Below are positions 39,834-50,426 of a stretch of 64,000 nucleotides of DNA, one piece after another. A program made the position numbers and the translations under genes. The first letter of the stretch is position 1; the number at the start of each line of letters is the position of its first letter. The notes beneath the pieces were generated by a model. The model had not been told where the DNA came from. It did not search any database and saw only the letters and a list, made by a program, of their open reading frames with translations. The stretch comes from an uncultured Gammaproteobacteria bacterium (lineage in GTDB: Bacteria > Patescibacteriota > Microgenomatia > Levybacterales > GWA1-39-11): assembly GCA_964627245.1 (NCBI GenBank), contig CAZVGS010000001.1, forward strand, positions 153,256-217,255, written 5' to 3'.

Positions 39834-40919
39834 TTACTTATTGAACGGTACCATCTCCTTATATAATTTTAGCTCTCGCTTTATTTCGGGTATCGATAGC
39901 AGTAGTTTTTCAACTTCATTCAATGCCAATATCCTAGTATTCGATGATGTGTAAGGCTCAATTTTATTTTTGAATTTTTCACCTCTAGAAAAATACCTTC
40001 CATAATCCAATCCTTGACTCTCCGGAGGTATCTCAAAGTAATCTCCCAGATCAATCGCCCTTATAAACTCTTCTTCAGTTATCAACGTTTCATGCATTTT
40101 TTCTCCTGCTCTTATTCCCACCTGATAATATCCTTTTTTATGATCAAAAAGATTGCAAAGAGCTTTTGCCAAAGTTTCCATTGTGCACGAAGGAGATTTT
40201 TTCACATAAATACTCCCATTTTTTCCACTATCAAGGGCAAAAAGCACCAATGAAACTGCATCCCCCAATGGAAGCAAAAAACGTGTCATATCATACTGAG
40301 TAACAGGAAGCCTTTTATTTTGCTTGATAAGCTTAACAAAATAGGGAATTACCGAACCTCTTGTATATAAAACGTTACCGTATCTCACCCCGTTCAATTG
40401 AGTTTTACTTTTGGCGCCATTTAAGTTCTTGGCTTCAGAAATCATTATCTTCTCCATTAATGCCTTGGTCATACCAACTACATTTATGGGATAAACTGCC
40501 TTGTCTGTGCTAAGTACGACTACAGATTCCACATTGTTATCAATTGATGAACGGATTATATTTTCAGCTCCCAGCGAATTAGTTTTAATAGCTTCTAGAG
40601 GAAAAAATTCACAAGTAGGGACTTGCTTTAATGCGGCGGCGTGAAAAACAAAATCTATACCCGGAATAATCCTGTCAATACTTTTCCTATCTCTTACATC
40701 ACCAATAACAAATTTTAGCTTTGGGTTATCATTGAATTTGTTCCTCATGTCAAATTGCTTTTTTTCATCACGGCTGAATATAACTACTTTTTTTGGATTA
40801 TAATCAAGAAGCTTTTCCGTTACTACATTACCAAAAGAACCCGTACCTCCTGTGATTAGTATGCTTTTTCCCTTCAATTTCTCCTTTTTCAAAACCTTAT
40901 TCTTTTTTTTGGCAACCAT
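39834..40919 (-). CDS. UDP-GlcNAc 4,6-dehydratase-like polysaccharide biosynthesis protein (PseB/CapD family)
   Basis: It has ILITGGTGSFGN and an SDR catalytic region, and is about 360 aa long. Confidence 0.75.
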   Translation of the reverse strand: MVAKKKNKVLKKEKLKGKSILITGGTGSFGNVVTEKLLDYNPKKVVIFSRDEKKQFDMRNKFNDNPKLKFVIGDVRDRKSIDRIIPGIDFVFHAAALKQVPTCEFFPLEAIKTNSLGAENIIRSSIDNNVESVVVLSTDKAVYPINVVGMTKALMEKIMISEAKNLNGAKSKTQLNGVRYGNVLYTRGSVIPYFVKLIKQNKRLPVTQYDMTRFLLPLGDAVSLVLFALDSGKNGSIYVKKSPSCTMETLAKALCNLFDHKKGYYQVGIRAGEKMHETLITEEEFIRAIDLGDYFEIPPESQGLDYGRYFSRGEKFKNKIEPYTSSNTRILALNEVEKLLLSIPEIKRELKLYKEMVPFNK

Positions 40920-40936
40920 ATTGAGACATTATACTA

Positions 40937-42592
40937 CTACTTTTGATATATTGATGTTGAAATTGGCTCGGCAAGAAGACCGGAAAGATAATAGTCTGCA
41001 TAATTTCCAAAATATCTAAATAGTATCAAGTTTGGTGTAAACGTATTTACTTTTTTGTAGCCTTCTTTTTCCAATCTCTCAAGCAATTCCTTTTTAGGTA
41101 CTCTAGACTTAAAATTTTCAAAAATTATATCATTTGTAACAATAACAACATCAGGAAGAGACTTCGTCGAAGCATCAACAACCTGAAACTCAAGATTACT
41201 CCTAGAACTAACCTTATAGATCTTATTGTAGTAATTTTTAATCGCAATATCCGGTAAAAGCTGATAGATTGGTATACTTTCTATTCCAATTGTTGTTGGA
41301 GATTCATATTTAGCTATTATAAATTTTGATGCTCTCTCTTGTACCGGTGGGGTATATCTCATGAATACCCATGTAATTGATTGAATGAATTGAACTAGAA
41401 TAACAATGCTTAAAAACAGGGAAAATAGAAACTTAAATTTATTCAACTTTGTATACAACTCTTTAAGTGTAATTGCTGTCAGCAATGCAAGAAAAGGTAA
41501 TAATACTAAAATTCTGTTAGAACCTGATTCTAACTTTAATGGCGCAAGAGAAGCAATGAAAATTAATAGTCCAACGAGAATAAGTGTCTTGCTGTTTTTT
41601 ACTTCTTTTTTCTCAATAAAACGCTTTAGACTGCCTATTGTTTGAAAAACTATCGAAAACAAAAATAAGAAATAGAATGGATATCCAAATGAAGTTGGTA
41701 TTTGCTTTATAAAAATATACACTAAAAGTGGATAATCAAGAGCAAGTCCTTCATTGGCATTGGATAAATCTTGAGTAATCTGGGCAGTAAAACTGACATA
41801 ATTGCTAAATCTTAAAAAAATGTCAGGAACACCTAACACAAGAAAAGTTAGTAAAAAAGCCAAATATGCGCCAAACACTTTTCGAAAATTTACTCTTTTC
41901 TCAAACAGCAAACTACCAATCGGAATAAAGAGTAACAATGGCGCGGCACTGATTTTAGTTCCGACTGCCAAGCCTGTTGCGCACCCTGCAAGCATATAAT
42001 CCCTTAATTTTCTTTTCTTCTCTATTCTTAGCAGGAGCAAAAGGGTCAAAGTGATCCAAAAAACCAAAGCTATGTCGTACTTAAAATAATTACTTAATGA
42101 CAACCATACTGGGTTAACCGTAAAAAGCAATGCAGAAAGCCCTGCGTTAGTATTAAAATATTTTCTCCCCGTGAGTACAACCGTAAATATCGACAAACTG
42201 CCGAATAAAAGTGTTGTTAGTCTAAGAATAACAAACAATTTATGCTGTTCAGAGATACTGCTAATAGCCGTATCTATCAGGAATGGATTTACATACCCAA
42301 AAAGATAGAACGGGGAAACAAGTACCCCCGTTAAGAGGAAATGGAACATTGGTATTTGGGTTGCTCCGCTTTTGTCAACAGTTCCTATAGAAAAAACATT
42401 TTTTACAAATTCTAATTGATGCCATTCATCCATATGGTATGGAAATGGATGATTATAACCCGGCAAACCCCACTCAATCACACTAAGAAGAAAGATTAAA
42501 TAAATACCTATGATAAAAAATGTAAAAAAATTTACCATATAAAATTTGAGTAGTATTTTGGCAGCTGAGTTTGTAAATTTCATTTTAGTCAT
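40937..42592 (-). CDS. GT-C glycosyltransferase, PMT/ArnT (GT39/GT83)-like
   Basis: The first extracytoplasmic loop has PYHMDEWHQ (a DE motif). It has about 12 TM helices and a C-terminal soluble domain. Confidence 0.6.
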   Translation of the reverse strand: MTKMKFTNSAAKILLKFYMVNFFTFFIIGIYLIFLLSVIEWGLPGYNHPFPYHMDEWHQLEFVKNVFSIGTVDKSGATQIPMFHFLLTGVLVSPFYLFGYVNPFLIDTAISSISEQHKLFVILRLTTLLFGSLSIFTVVLTGRKYFNTNAGLSALLFTVNPVWLSLSNYFKYDIALVFWITLTLLLLLRIEKKRKLRDYMLAGCATGLAVGTKISAAPLLLFIPIGSLLFEKRVNFRKVFGAYLAFLLTFLVLGVPDIFLRFSNYVSFTAQITQDLSNANEGLALDYPLLVYIFIKQIPTSFGYPFYFLFLFSIVFQTIGSLKRFIEKKEVKNSKTLILVGLLIFIASLAPLKLESGSNRILVLLPFLALLTAITLKELYTKLNKFKFLFSLFLSIVILVQFIQSITWVFMRYTPPVQERASKFIIAKYESPTTIGIESIPIYQLLPDIAIKNYYNKIYKVSSRSNLEFQVVDASTKSLPDVVIVTNDIIFENFKSRVPKKELLERLEKEGYKKVNTFTPNLILFRYFGNYADYYLSGLLAEPISTSIYQK

Positions 42593-44816
42593 TAATTTTA
42601 ATTACTTTGTCAATCCCGTCATCATAAACAACGATAAATTTTTTGCTATGCATGTCTCTGGCTTTTAATATACCGTAGGTTAAACTGGAATTAATTCTAA
42701 TTTTCCCCCCATATTTCCAGATCAGAAAATTATATGGATCGAGACTTGTTCTATAAAGTCTGTATGTCCCTAACGGGATTATGGAAAATTCTCTTTCTCC
42801 TGCGTCTTTTATAATAGCCTTCGAAGCGTTTCTAGTAACGATCCATGAATTTCCAAAACTATAGCCGGTTGGGGGCATCAAATGCTGTCCGCTCTTTGTT
42901 TGAATATAGAATTCATTGGTTAAGAGTGAATAACTATTTATAAAAATTACACTAACCGTAATCAGAAACAAAATTTTCAAATTATATTTTGTATACTCAT
43001 AAACTAAATAACCAAATAGAATTGATATTGCGGGAAAAAGTAACGTAAAATATGCTTGTCCGGGTGACGTGTGAAGGAAAAAGGCACAAAGCGGAAAGAT
43101 GATCCAAATCAGAAGCAAGATGTGAGCTTTATTATTTCTTCCTTTTTTAATTTTTATAAAAATAGTCGTAATGGCAATAATAAACAGAATAATGCCGATA
43201 TATGACAAGCTAGGAATAAATGAAGCAGAAATTTCCTGATACATTGAACGCAAGGCCGATATGGGTAAAGACTGTTCAACAGTAGAACTTTCCTGCATAA
43301 AAAAAAGTCTAATGCGGTTTACTATCCACAAAGGAAATTTTATATATGCAGGCCCATATTGAATTTCATATAAAATAAAAGGAAGTATCCCGACACTAAA
43401 TCCAGCAAGACTTTTTAGGATTTCATTCTTTGTTAGTCTAATTTTCAGAAAATAAAAAGCTAAAATGACGATCCCCAATACAACGATGTTAGACAGCTCA
43501 ACGAGCAGCAATAGTCCCATGCTAAAAAATAGTAAGGGGAAAAGTTTTTTGTTATGAAATGATTTCCAAAGGAATATAAAGAAAATGACTGTAAAAAATG
43601 GAATTAGAGACGTGTGATACGGCATTCGCGCATTTACTACAATCGAAGGCGTGCTTGCATAAAAAAAGGCTGAAATAAGTCCCACTCTTTCATTAAATAA
43701 ATTTTTACCTAAATACCAAACAAGAGTAGTTGCAACAACCCCAATTAGCCCGAAGAAAAAGGCCGGTGCTACCGGATTGAAATTGGTCAATAAAAATGAC
43801 AAACCTATAAGCCATACAGATGTCGGTCCTTGGTGTAACCAGACAACTGAAGAAGGTATACCGACAACAGGAATCCTGCCGGTTACAACCATGTCTCTTG
43901 CAGCCAAGAAGTCACGGGCACTATCTCCAATAAGAAGCATTAATGTGTCTTGCTTGTAAAGATTTAGAAATAACGATAGTAAAACTGCCAAGCTTATTAA
44001 GAAATTAAATGGAGTAATAAAACGGAGGAATAACTCGGTAATAACGGCTTTCATTTGCCCAAAATATTTTACGTTATATAAATATCTGCTTTTCTGAAAG
44101 TAATTTTTTATAACTTCTTTATCGGACAAGCTTGCTCCAATGGTGTGAATTATTTCCACTTCCGGGTTAAAAATTACCTTAAAACCTGCCTTTTTAACAC
44201 GATAACAAAGATCTTGCTCCTCAAAATACATGAAAAATCTTTCATCAAATCCCCCAATTTTCTCAAAAAGTTCTTTTTTTATCAGCATACATGCTCCGCT
44301 AATCACATCCACTGATAATATTTTTCTTCTGTCTGAATTCAGCATCCAGAATTTTTTTGATACAGAATTTTTTGGAAATAGTTTATTTAGAAATGAATAT
44401 GCAAATATTGCTCTTGGAATAGTAATAAAAGCATTTATAGTCGGGAGCTTTAGATTATTACTGTCAATCATTGCCGGACCGGCAATCCCCACCTTATTCA
44501 AAGTTGAAAAAGATTTAAGTAATTTTGCTATCGAATTTTTCAAAAGCACTGTGTCAGGATTTAAGAAAAGCAGATACTCGCCTTTTGCTTTGCTTGCGCC
44601 TAAATTACAACCGAATGCAAATCCATTATTTACTCTGCTTTTTATAATTTTGATGTCTTTATCGCTGGAAATAATTTTTGGCAGCTTTTTCGAAGAATTA
44701 TTGTCGACAATGATAATTTCATATTTATTCTTACCAGCGGATCTGACTATCGAATTAATTGATTTTACAATCTCTAAGGGCGTATTGAAGTAAACATAAA
44801 TTATAGAAATTTTCAT
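42585..44816 (-). CDS. Fusion protein: N-terminal GT2 glycosyltransferase plus C-terminal polytopic GT-C-like membrane domain
   Basis: Residues 1-300 are GT2 (IIIVDNNSS...VNNGFAFGCNLG...FLNPDT). Residues 300-743 form about 12 TM helices. Confidence 0.7.
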   Translation of the reverse strand: MKISIIYVYFNTPLEIVKSINSIVRSAGKNKYEIIIVDNNSSKKLPKIISSDKDIKIIKSRVNNGFAFGCNLGASKAKGEYLLFLNPDTVLLKNSIAKLLKSFSTLNKVGIAGPAMIDSNNLKLPTINAFITIPRAIFAYSFLNKLFPKNSVSKKFWMLNSDRRKILSVDVISGACMLIKKELFEKIGGFDERFFMYFEEQDLCYRVKKAGFKVIFNPEVEIIHTIGASLSDKEVIKNYFQKSRYLYNVKYFGQMKAVITELFLRFITPFNFLISLAVLLSLFLNLYKQDTLMLLIGDSARDFLAARDMVVTGRIPVVGIPSSVVWLHQGPTSVWLIGLSFLLTNFNPVAPAFFFGLIGVVATTLVWYLGKNLFNERVGLISAFFYASTPSIVVNARMPYHTSLIPFFTVIFFIFLWKSFHNKKLFPLLFFSMGLLLLVELSNIVVLGIVILAFYFLKIRLTKNEILKSLAGFSVGILPFILYEIQYGPAYIKFPLWIVNRIRLFFMQESSTVEQSLPISALRSMYQEISASFIPSLSYIGIILFIIAITTIFIKIKKGRNNKAHILLLIWIIFPLCAFFLHTSPGQAYFTLLFPAISILFGYLVYEYTKYNLKILFLITVSVIFINSYSLLTNEFYIQTKSGQHLMPPTGYSFGNSWIVTRNASKAIIKDAGEREFSIIPLGTYRLYRTSLDPYNFLIWKYGGKIRINSSLTYGILKARDMHSKKFIVVYDDGIDKVIKIND

Positions 44817-45952
44817 TAGTTGGTAACCTTATTGATCATGCGTAAGAGTTTTTCTTTAGAATTAAGCCATGACCATGAATTCAAAGCACTATTCCGCGCC
44901 TCTTTTGACATTCTTTTATAAGTTTTTTCATCTGATATTATTTCTTCAATTGCTCTGCTCAACTCCGTCGCATCCTGCTTAATCAAAATTCCATTTTTAT
45001 TATTTTTAACGGTTTCTTTATACCCGCCGTCGTTCAAAGCAATAACAGGCAGTCCGCAGGATAGTGCCTCGATGGGAATAAGACCAAATGGCTCTTTGTA
45101 CCCAATGCAGATGATAACTTTTGCGCTTTGATATAGATTTCTCATAGCTTTATTTCCCGAAATCCACTCCTTTTCTTTAATAACCAGCCTAATTTTTTGG
45201 GGAGGATAATTTAGTTTTTTCAAAGCTGTTTGCAAAAGGTCGAAATTCTCAGACTTGTCATAAGCCCCGATGTATAAAACATCGTACTTTTTAGGTTTAT
45301 TAGAGGGCTTAAAAAAATTTACATCAACACCCATATAAACCGGGTAACTTTTAAGCTTATAGGCAGAGTAAATATTTTTACTCGTGTATAACGAATTTGA
45401 AAGAATCAAATCAGCTTTTTTGATATTCTCTCTATCAATAATCTTTCGTACAAATCTGTTAATTTTTTCGTAGTAGTACTTTCCTATACCAACTTCAGGT
45501 CCAACCCTAAAAAGATCCTCATAAACCATACGTAAAGGTTCTTGGCAATAATATATAACCGGAGTTCTTAGAAATCTCAACAGAAAGGGTGCCTGCGTAT
45601 ATTTGGAGGGAAAGGAAAACACCAAGTCGTACTTTTTATCACTTATTTCTTTTGCAATCTTTCTGTGAAGCAGATATAGGCGGAAAAGTTCAATTGTGTC
45701 CTTATACAATCTTACCTTCCAGTTATGACCTTTCCATTTCTTAGGTTTGAATTTGAAAAAACGGATTGAATGATAATAGGAACACTCATTCTTATCAAGC
45801 TTTTCATCTACAAGATAGAGATCTATTTCAAAATCACTTCCAAGTAGTTTGGAAAACTCATTTGAAGACCGCCTAGCCCCTCCTTTATCCAATTCATGAA
45901 AGAAGGCGATTTTCTTAACTGAAGTCTGATTCATTTTCTTTAATCCATTCAT
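44816..45952 (-). CDS. Glycosyltransferase family 1 (GT4-like)
   Basis: The C-terminal GT-B motif is EPFGLIPIEALSCGLPVIALNDGG. Confidence 0.75.
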   Translation of the reverse strand: MNGLKKMNQTSVKKIAFFHELDKGGARRSSNEFSKLLGSDFEIDLYLVDEKLDKNECSYYHSIRFFKFKPKKWKGHNWKVRLYKDTIELFRLYLLHRKIAKEISDKKYDLVFSFPSKYTQAPFLLRFLRTPVIYYCQEPLRMVYEDLFRVGPEVGIGKYYYEKINRFVRKIIDRENIKKADLILSNSLYTSKNIYSAYKLKSYPVYMGVDVNFFKPSNKPKKYDVLYIGAYDKSENFDLLQTALKKLNYPPQKIRLVIKEKEWISGNKAMRNLYQSAKVIICIGYKEPFGLIPIEALSCGLPVIALNDGGYKETVKNNKNGILIKQDATELSRAIEEIISDEKTYKRMSKEARNSALNSWSWLNSKEKLLRMINKVTN

Positions 45953-46949
45953 ACAAACTTTTAATTCCCTCTTCTAAATTAATCTTTGGCGTCCATCCAA
46001 AGTCTTTTTTGGCTTTAGAATTATCAGAGATAAATATTGCTTGATCACCCGGTCTGGTTTTTGCAAACTTAACAGCAATTTTCTTTTGCAGATATTTCTC
46101 AAGCAACGGACCAAACTCAAGCCAAATAGAAAGAGAGTTGGCTGAACCTCCGCCAATATTATAAATTTGTCCGTGTGTTTTGTTTATGTTTTTAATAGCT
46201 AAATCATATGCTCTAATTAAGTCCTGGATGTGCAGTAGATCACGCACCTGCTTCCCGTTACCATATATTGTTAACTTTCTTCCCAAAAAACCAGCAATCA
46301 AAAACCAAGCAACCCACCCCTGATCTTCAAATCCATACTGATGCGGGCCGTAGATGCATGACTGTCTGAAAACAACGCTTTTTATACCGTAAATTCTTGA
46401 GTAATCCCTAATGTATTGATCCGAACAGCCCTTACTGCATCCGTATGGCGAATGAAAATCCAGTTGTGTTCTCTCATCAATTCCTTTAGGTAAGTTCTTA
46501 AAAGCATATCTCGTTTTTAACTCTTTAATGGAAATTCCCTCCAAATCTCCATAAACCTTATTGGTTGAACTGTATATTAAAATTGGTTTTTTGCTGCTTT
46601 TTCTGATTGCCTCCAAGAGGTTTATGGTACCTAAAGCATTTGTCAAAAAGTCATCATATGGATTTATTACAGAAGTTGTTACAGCGACTTGTCCTGCAAA
46701 ATGAAAAATGATATCCGCTTTTGCAACAATAGAATCAAGTTTTGGGCTTTTTTTCTTTAAGTCATATTTAACGATCGAGTAACCCTTTTTATGGGTTTTT
46801 TTGAACCAGGAAACATTTTTTTCAACACCCTTTCTTGAAAAATTATCAAGAATTATTATGTTATGGTTTTTCTTGACGTAATAATCAGCGGTATTAATGC
46901 CTATGAACCCTGCTCCACCAGTAATCAATACAACTTTTTCTCTGCTCAT
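45915..46949 (-). CDS. NAD-dependent epimerase/dehydratase (extended SDR)
   Basis: It has LITGGAGFIGIN and a YxxxK-type catalytic region. Confidence 0.8.
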   Translation of the reverse strand: MSREKVVLITGGAGFIGINTADYYVKKNHNIIILDNFSRKGVEKNVSWFKKTHKKGYSIVKYDLKKKSPKLDSIVAKADIIFHFAGQVAVTTSVINPYDDFLTNALGTINLLEAIRKSSKKPILIYSSTNKVYGDLEGISIKELKTRYAFKNLPKGIDERTQLDFHSPYGCSKGCSDQYIRDYSRIYGIKSVVFRQSCIYGPHQYGFEDQGWVAWFLIAGFLGRKLTIYGNGKQVRDLLHIQDLIRAYDLAIKNINKTHGQIYNIGGGSANSLSIWLEFGPLLEKYLQKKIAVKFAKTRPGDQAIFISDNSKAKKDFGWTPKINLEEGIKSLYEWIKENESDFS

Positions 46950-47036
46950 ATTAATCTCGTTATTATAAACAAAAGATTTGATAATACCAAGGCTATTTAT
47001 GTTAAATTCATGAGCTTTGCGTCCTCTATGTAGTTT

Positions 47037-48257
47037 CTAGTAGAGAACTTTCCGCACGAAGTAGTAAGTTAACGGGAAAATCATCACGAGAGTTACAATC
47101 AACGATAAAAGCACACCCTCGGGATTTTTTGCTTGATAGGCAAGGTAGAGAAATGGAGTAAGCAAAACTAACCTTACGACAGTTATTTGCACAAGCCTGC
47201 TCTGCTTTCCTACGGAGAAAAATAGAGAACCGATGCATCCCCAAGTTGATATTAGAAAGCCATATATTGCAAAAAGTGTAAGAAAATTATGGTAAGCAAG
47301 CCATTTATTTCCGCCGGCAATAAGAATTATGGGTTTTGAAAAGAGGATAACAAAGACAGCAAATATGCCTTCGATTGCTAGCACCGAATAAAAACTCCTC
47401 AAGAATGCCTTCCTCAATCTTTTTTTATTTCCCTTTCCTATTTTTGAATATATAGGGAAGGTCACTTTCCCGACTATTGCAGATGAGTCATTCATAATTT
47501 CAAAAGAAATCCTCTGAGCAAATTGGTAACCACCCAAAACTGCAACACCCGCAAATCTCCCAATCAAAAAGGCATCAATTCTTGTAGCGACGTACGTAAC
47601 GATACCTAATACACCAGTTGTTCTTGCGAACTGCAAGATCCGTAAAACCTTTTCTCTGTCAAAACTCACTCCAGGATGCCTTTTAACTACAAGCCAGCTT
47701 AAAACAATATATATTGCGGTAGCAAAAATAAAACCCAAAATTGCTCCAAATATTGACTTAAATATTAAAACAGCTATTGCAGTAATCAGCAGATCTATTG
47801 TAAAAGAGAGCAGACGGATTTGAAACTCCTTCTTAAAATATAATTCCTTCTGAAACAGCACAATATAAGGATTTTCAAACGACTTTATTACCGGCACTAA
47901 TGAAAGGGCTATTAATATCAAAATAAGGTTTGTATCTCCAAAAAAGTAGGAAATCGGCACTGCTGCTATAACTACAAGAACCATAAGAATAACCCCTCTA
48001 AGTAGCTGCACAAAAAAAATCGAATCTACATATTTTTCGATTTTATCTTTTGATTGAATGATAAAGGCACCAAGGCTGAATTCACTAAATGTTTCAAACA
48101 GTGAGAGAACTAAAAAGCTGATTCCATAGATTCCCAGATCATAAGGAGTCAAAAACCGGGCTATAACTATAATTTTTATAACTGAAATTCCCTTTACTAG
48201 AAAATGGAGAATTCCCATCCACCCAATACCTTTAATTGCTATTTTCTTGTATCCCAT
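47037..48257 (-). CDS. Polysaccharide flippase (Wzx/MOP family)
   Basis: It has about 12 TM helices and a polysaccharide-biosynthesis-protein-type sequence. Confidence 0.7.
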   Translation of the reverse strand: MGYKKIAIKGIGWMGILHFLVKGISVIKIIVIARFLTPYDLGIYGISFLVLSLFETFSEFSLGAFIIQSKDKIEKYVDSIFFVQLLRGVILMVLVVIAAVPISYFFGDTNLILILIALSLVPVIKSFENPYIVLFQKELYFKKEFQIRLLSFTIDLLITAIAVLIFKSIFGAILGFIFATAIYIVLSWLVVKRHPGVSFDREKVLRILQFARTTGVLGIVTYVATRIDAFLIGRFAGVAVLGGYQFAQRISFEIMNDSSAIVGKVTFPIYSKIGKGNKKRLRKAFLRSFYSVLAIEGIFAVFVILFSKPIILIAGGNKWLAYHNFLTLFAIYGFLISTWGCIGSLFFSVGKQSRLVQITVVRLVLLTPFLYLAYQAKNPEGVLLSLIVTLVMIFPLTYYFVRKVLY

Positions 48258-49174
48258 ACTCTTGAGCCAAATCCCACAACAAATCCAATGATAACCATTA
48301 TATCCGAAACTAACTGCAGAAATGGAAGATAAAAAAGTGCACTTATGTGGTTAACATAATCAAAATTCTTCAGTATTGACCAGAGAATATAAAAAGAAAA
48401 AAGTAAAAAAGCAAAGTACAAGATCAAAATATTTCCAAAATATATAAATGCTATCATCAGAACTACTCCTAAAAAATATCTTATAAAAAGTAACGGCGTC
48501 TGAGATCTAACATAAAGAGCCTTGCCATCCCCTACGGCATATCCGTAGAATTGCTTAGCGGCACTTATCACATTCTCCCTCTGCGGCCAATAAACCAGAG
48601 CATCTTTTTTTACGCGGAACCTGAACCCTTTTTCTTTAAGACTCTTGGCAAAAAACAGATCTTCGCAAGTATCAAGATTTTCAGGATATCCTCCAACATC
48701 TTGCCAGGTCTTTTTTTTGAAGGCTATAGATCTTGACGACGGCAAGAAATTCCCATCAACTTTATCTTCCGGATAGCAAGTGTAAGCGGCCAGAGACTTC
48801 TCGAATGAATTTTTAACAACCGGCTTATAGAAGCCTGCCACCACATCAATCTTTCTATTACTAAATGGCTTTGTTATCCTTTCCAGCCAATGCTTATCCA
48901 GTATGCATCCTGCGTCGGATGCAGCAATTATATCTCCTCTTGATTTACTTATTGCAAAATTACGTCCAATTGACCTGTTGCCTTTTTTTCTAAAGACCTT
49001 AAGTGGAAGCTTTTGAGAAAATTTTTTAATAGAATTTAATGTCCCATCCTTGGATCCCGCATCAACAATAATTACTTCATCCGGTTTAACTACTTGCTTG
49101 CTTAAAGAATCCAGAAGTAAGTCTATGCCTTTCTTATCGTTAAAAACTGTCGCAATAAAAGTGATTTTTGACAT
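48239..49174 (-). CDS. Glycosyltransferase family 2 with C-terminal TM anchor
   Basis: ATVFNDKKG...IIVDAGSKDGT...ASDAG matches GT2. Two C-terminal TM helices are present. Confidence 0.8.
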   Translation of the reverse strand: MSKITFIATVFNDKKGIDLLLDSLSKQVVKPDEVIIVDAGSKDGTLNSIKKFSQKLPLKVFRKKGNRSIGRNFAISKSRGDIIAASDAGCILDKHWLERITKPFSNRKIDVVAGFYKPVVKNSFEKSLAAYTCYPEDKVDGNFLPSSRSIAFKKKTWQDVGGYPENLDTCEDLFFAKSLKEKGFRFRVKKDALVYWPQRENVISAAKQFYGYAVGDGKALYVRSQTPLLFIRYFLGVVLMIAFIYFGNILILYFAFLLFSFYILWSILKNFDYVNHISALFYLPFLQLVSDIMVIIGFVVGFGSRVWDTRK

Positions 49175-49231
49175 TCAATTTGCCGACTTATTATAGCAAC
49201 AAATACGAAAAATCCTATTGTCATTTTTCAA

Positions 49232-49251
49232 AATAACATGATTGTGTTATT
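49232..49251. promoter_or_regulatory. Inverted repeat AATAACA-tgattg-TGTTATT in a divergent promoter region
   Basis: The repeat was read directly from the sequence. It lies between the divergent GT2 (minus) and cupin (plus) genes. Confidence 0.25.
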
Positions 49252-49286
49252 AATTTTTTGTTGTTACAATAATCCCAATTAAATCC

Positions 49287-49679
49287 GTGGCAAAAAGAGT
49301 CAAACAAAAAATACTACTACCCACTTGTAATATAGATACTCTGGTTGATGGGAGAGGAGCCATCTTTACCTGGGTTCCTGAGGACGATATAAAAGAATTT
49401 AATATACTCTACTTTAACCCCGGAATAAAGAGGGGCAATCATTATCATCCTGAATTTACTGAATATTTTTTGGTTGTTCAGGGAGAAGGTGCAATGGTAT
49501 ACAAAGATCAGCAGGGAAAATTAAACCAGGTAGTTCATATGAGCAAAGGGACTTGCGTAAGAACACCTCCGGGAGTTGCTCATGCATTTAAGGCCATAAC
49601 AAACGTTACAGCAATTGCCCTTCTATCAAAACCATGGGATGATTGCAAAACTCCCATTGTAAGAATTGACATTATCTAA
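49287..49679 (+). CDS. Cupin-fold sugar-nucleotide isomerase/epimerase (WxcM/FdtA- or RmlC-like), GTG start
   Basis: It is a roughly 130-aa cupin with a DGRGAIF block and a His-rich metal/active site (HYHPE). Confidence 0.5.
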   Translation: MAKRVKQKILLPTCNIDTLVDGRGAIFTWVPEDDIKEFNILYFNPGIKRGNHYHPEFTEYFLVVQGEGAMVYKDQQGKLNQVVHMSKGTCVRTPPGVAHAFKAITNVTAIALLSKPWDDCKTPIVRIDII

Positions 49680-49695
49680 ATTAATCCGGCAAATT

Positions 49696-50388
49696 ATGCT
49701 AAAAATTGCTCTTATCGGCGCAAACGGCTACATTGGCACAGCACTTTACAATAAACTTCGCACTAACAAGAAAATGTTTGTAATTCCTGTAATAAGAGAG
49801 AATTACGCCAAGTTCAAGCGGGAGAATTACGATTTTGTTATAAATTCAGCACTGCCATCTGCAAGATACTGGGCATTAAATAACCCTAGAGAGGATTTTA
49901 ATGAAACAGTCGCAAAAACCGCAGACATTGTGTACGAATGGAAATACGGCAAAATTATCCAGATTAGTACAATTTCTGCAAGAGCAGAGGCCTCCTCTAT
50001 TTACGGGAGGCATAAGCTGATGGCAGAAAAACTTTGCAACCCAAAGCGGGATCTAATAGTAAGACTTACATCTACTTTTGATAAATCGCTAAAAAAAGGT
50101 GTGCTTATTGATATTCTAAAAGGCAACCAGGTTTTTGTAAGCGGTAAAAGCCGTTATTCATTTTCAAGTCTGGATTTTGTGTGCGAATGGATATCGCAAA
50201 ACACAGGAAAAAAAGGCGTTATTGAAGTTGGTGCAAAAAATTCAATTTCGCTTGAGGAGATCGTAAAAAAAATGAAACTTGATATAAAATTCAGCGGAAG
50301 AATAGACACGCAAGTAATTAGAAATCCGGAAAGCAAATTCCCCAATGCTAAGCTCGTTATTGATTTTATGAAAAATCAAATTAAATAA
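49696..50388 (+). CDS. Short SDR-family sugar-nucleotide reductase
   Basis: The Rossmann motif is MLKIALIGANGYIGTAL. An alternative upstream start at 49666 overlaps the cupin gene. Confidence 0.55.
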   Translation: MLKIALIGANGYIGTALYNKLRTNKKMFVIPVIRENYAKFKRENYDFVINSALPSARYWALNNPREDFNETVAKTADIVYEWKYGKIIQISTISARAEASSIYGRHKLMAEKLCNPKRDLIVRLTSTFDKSLKKGVLIDILKGNQVFVSGKSRYSFSSLDFVCEWISQNTGKKGVIEVGAKNSISLEEIVKKMKLDIKFSGRIDTQVIRNPESKFPNAKLVIDFMKNQIK

Positions 50389-50426
50389 ATCTTGATAGAT
50401 GCATATTTCTGTGTTATTTTGGTTTA

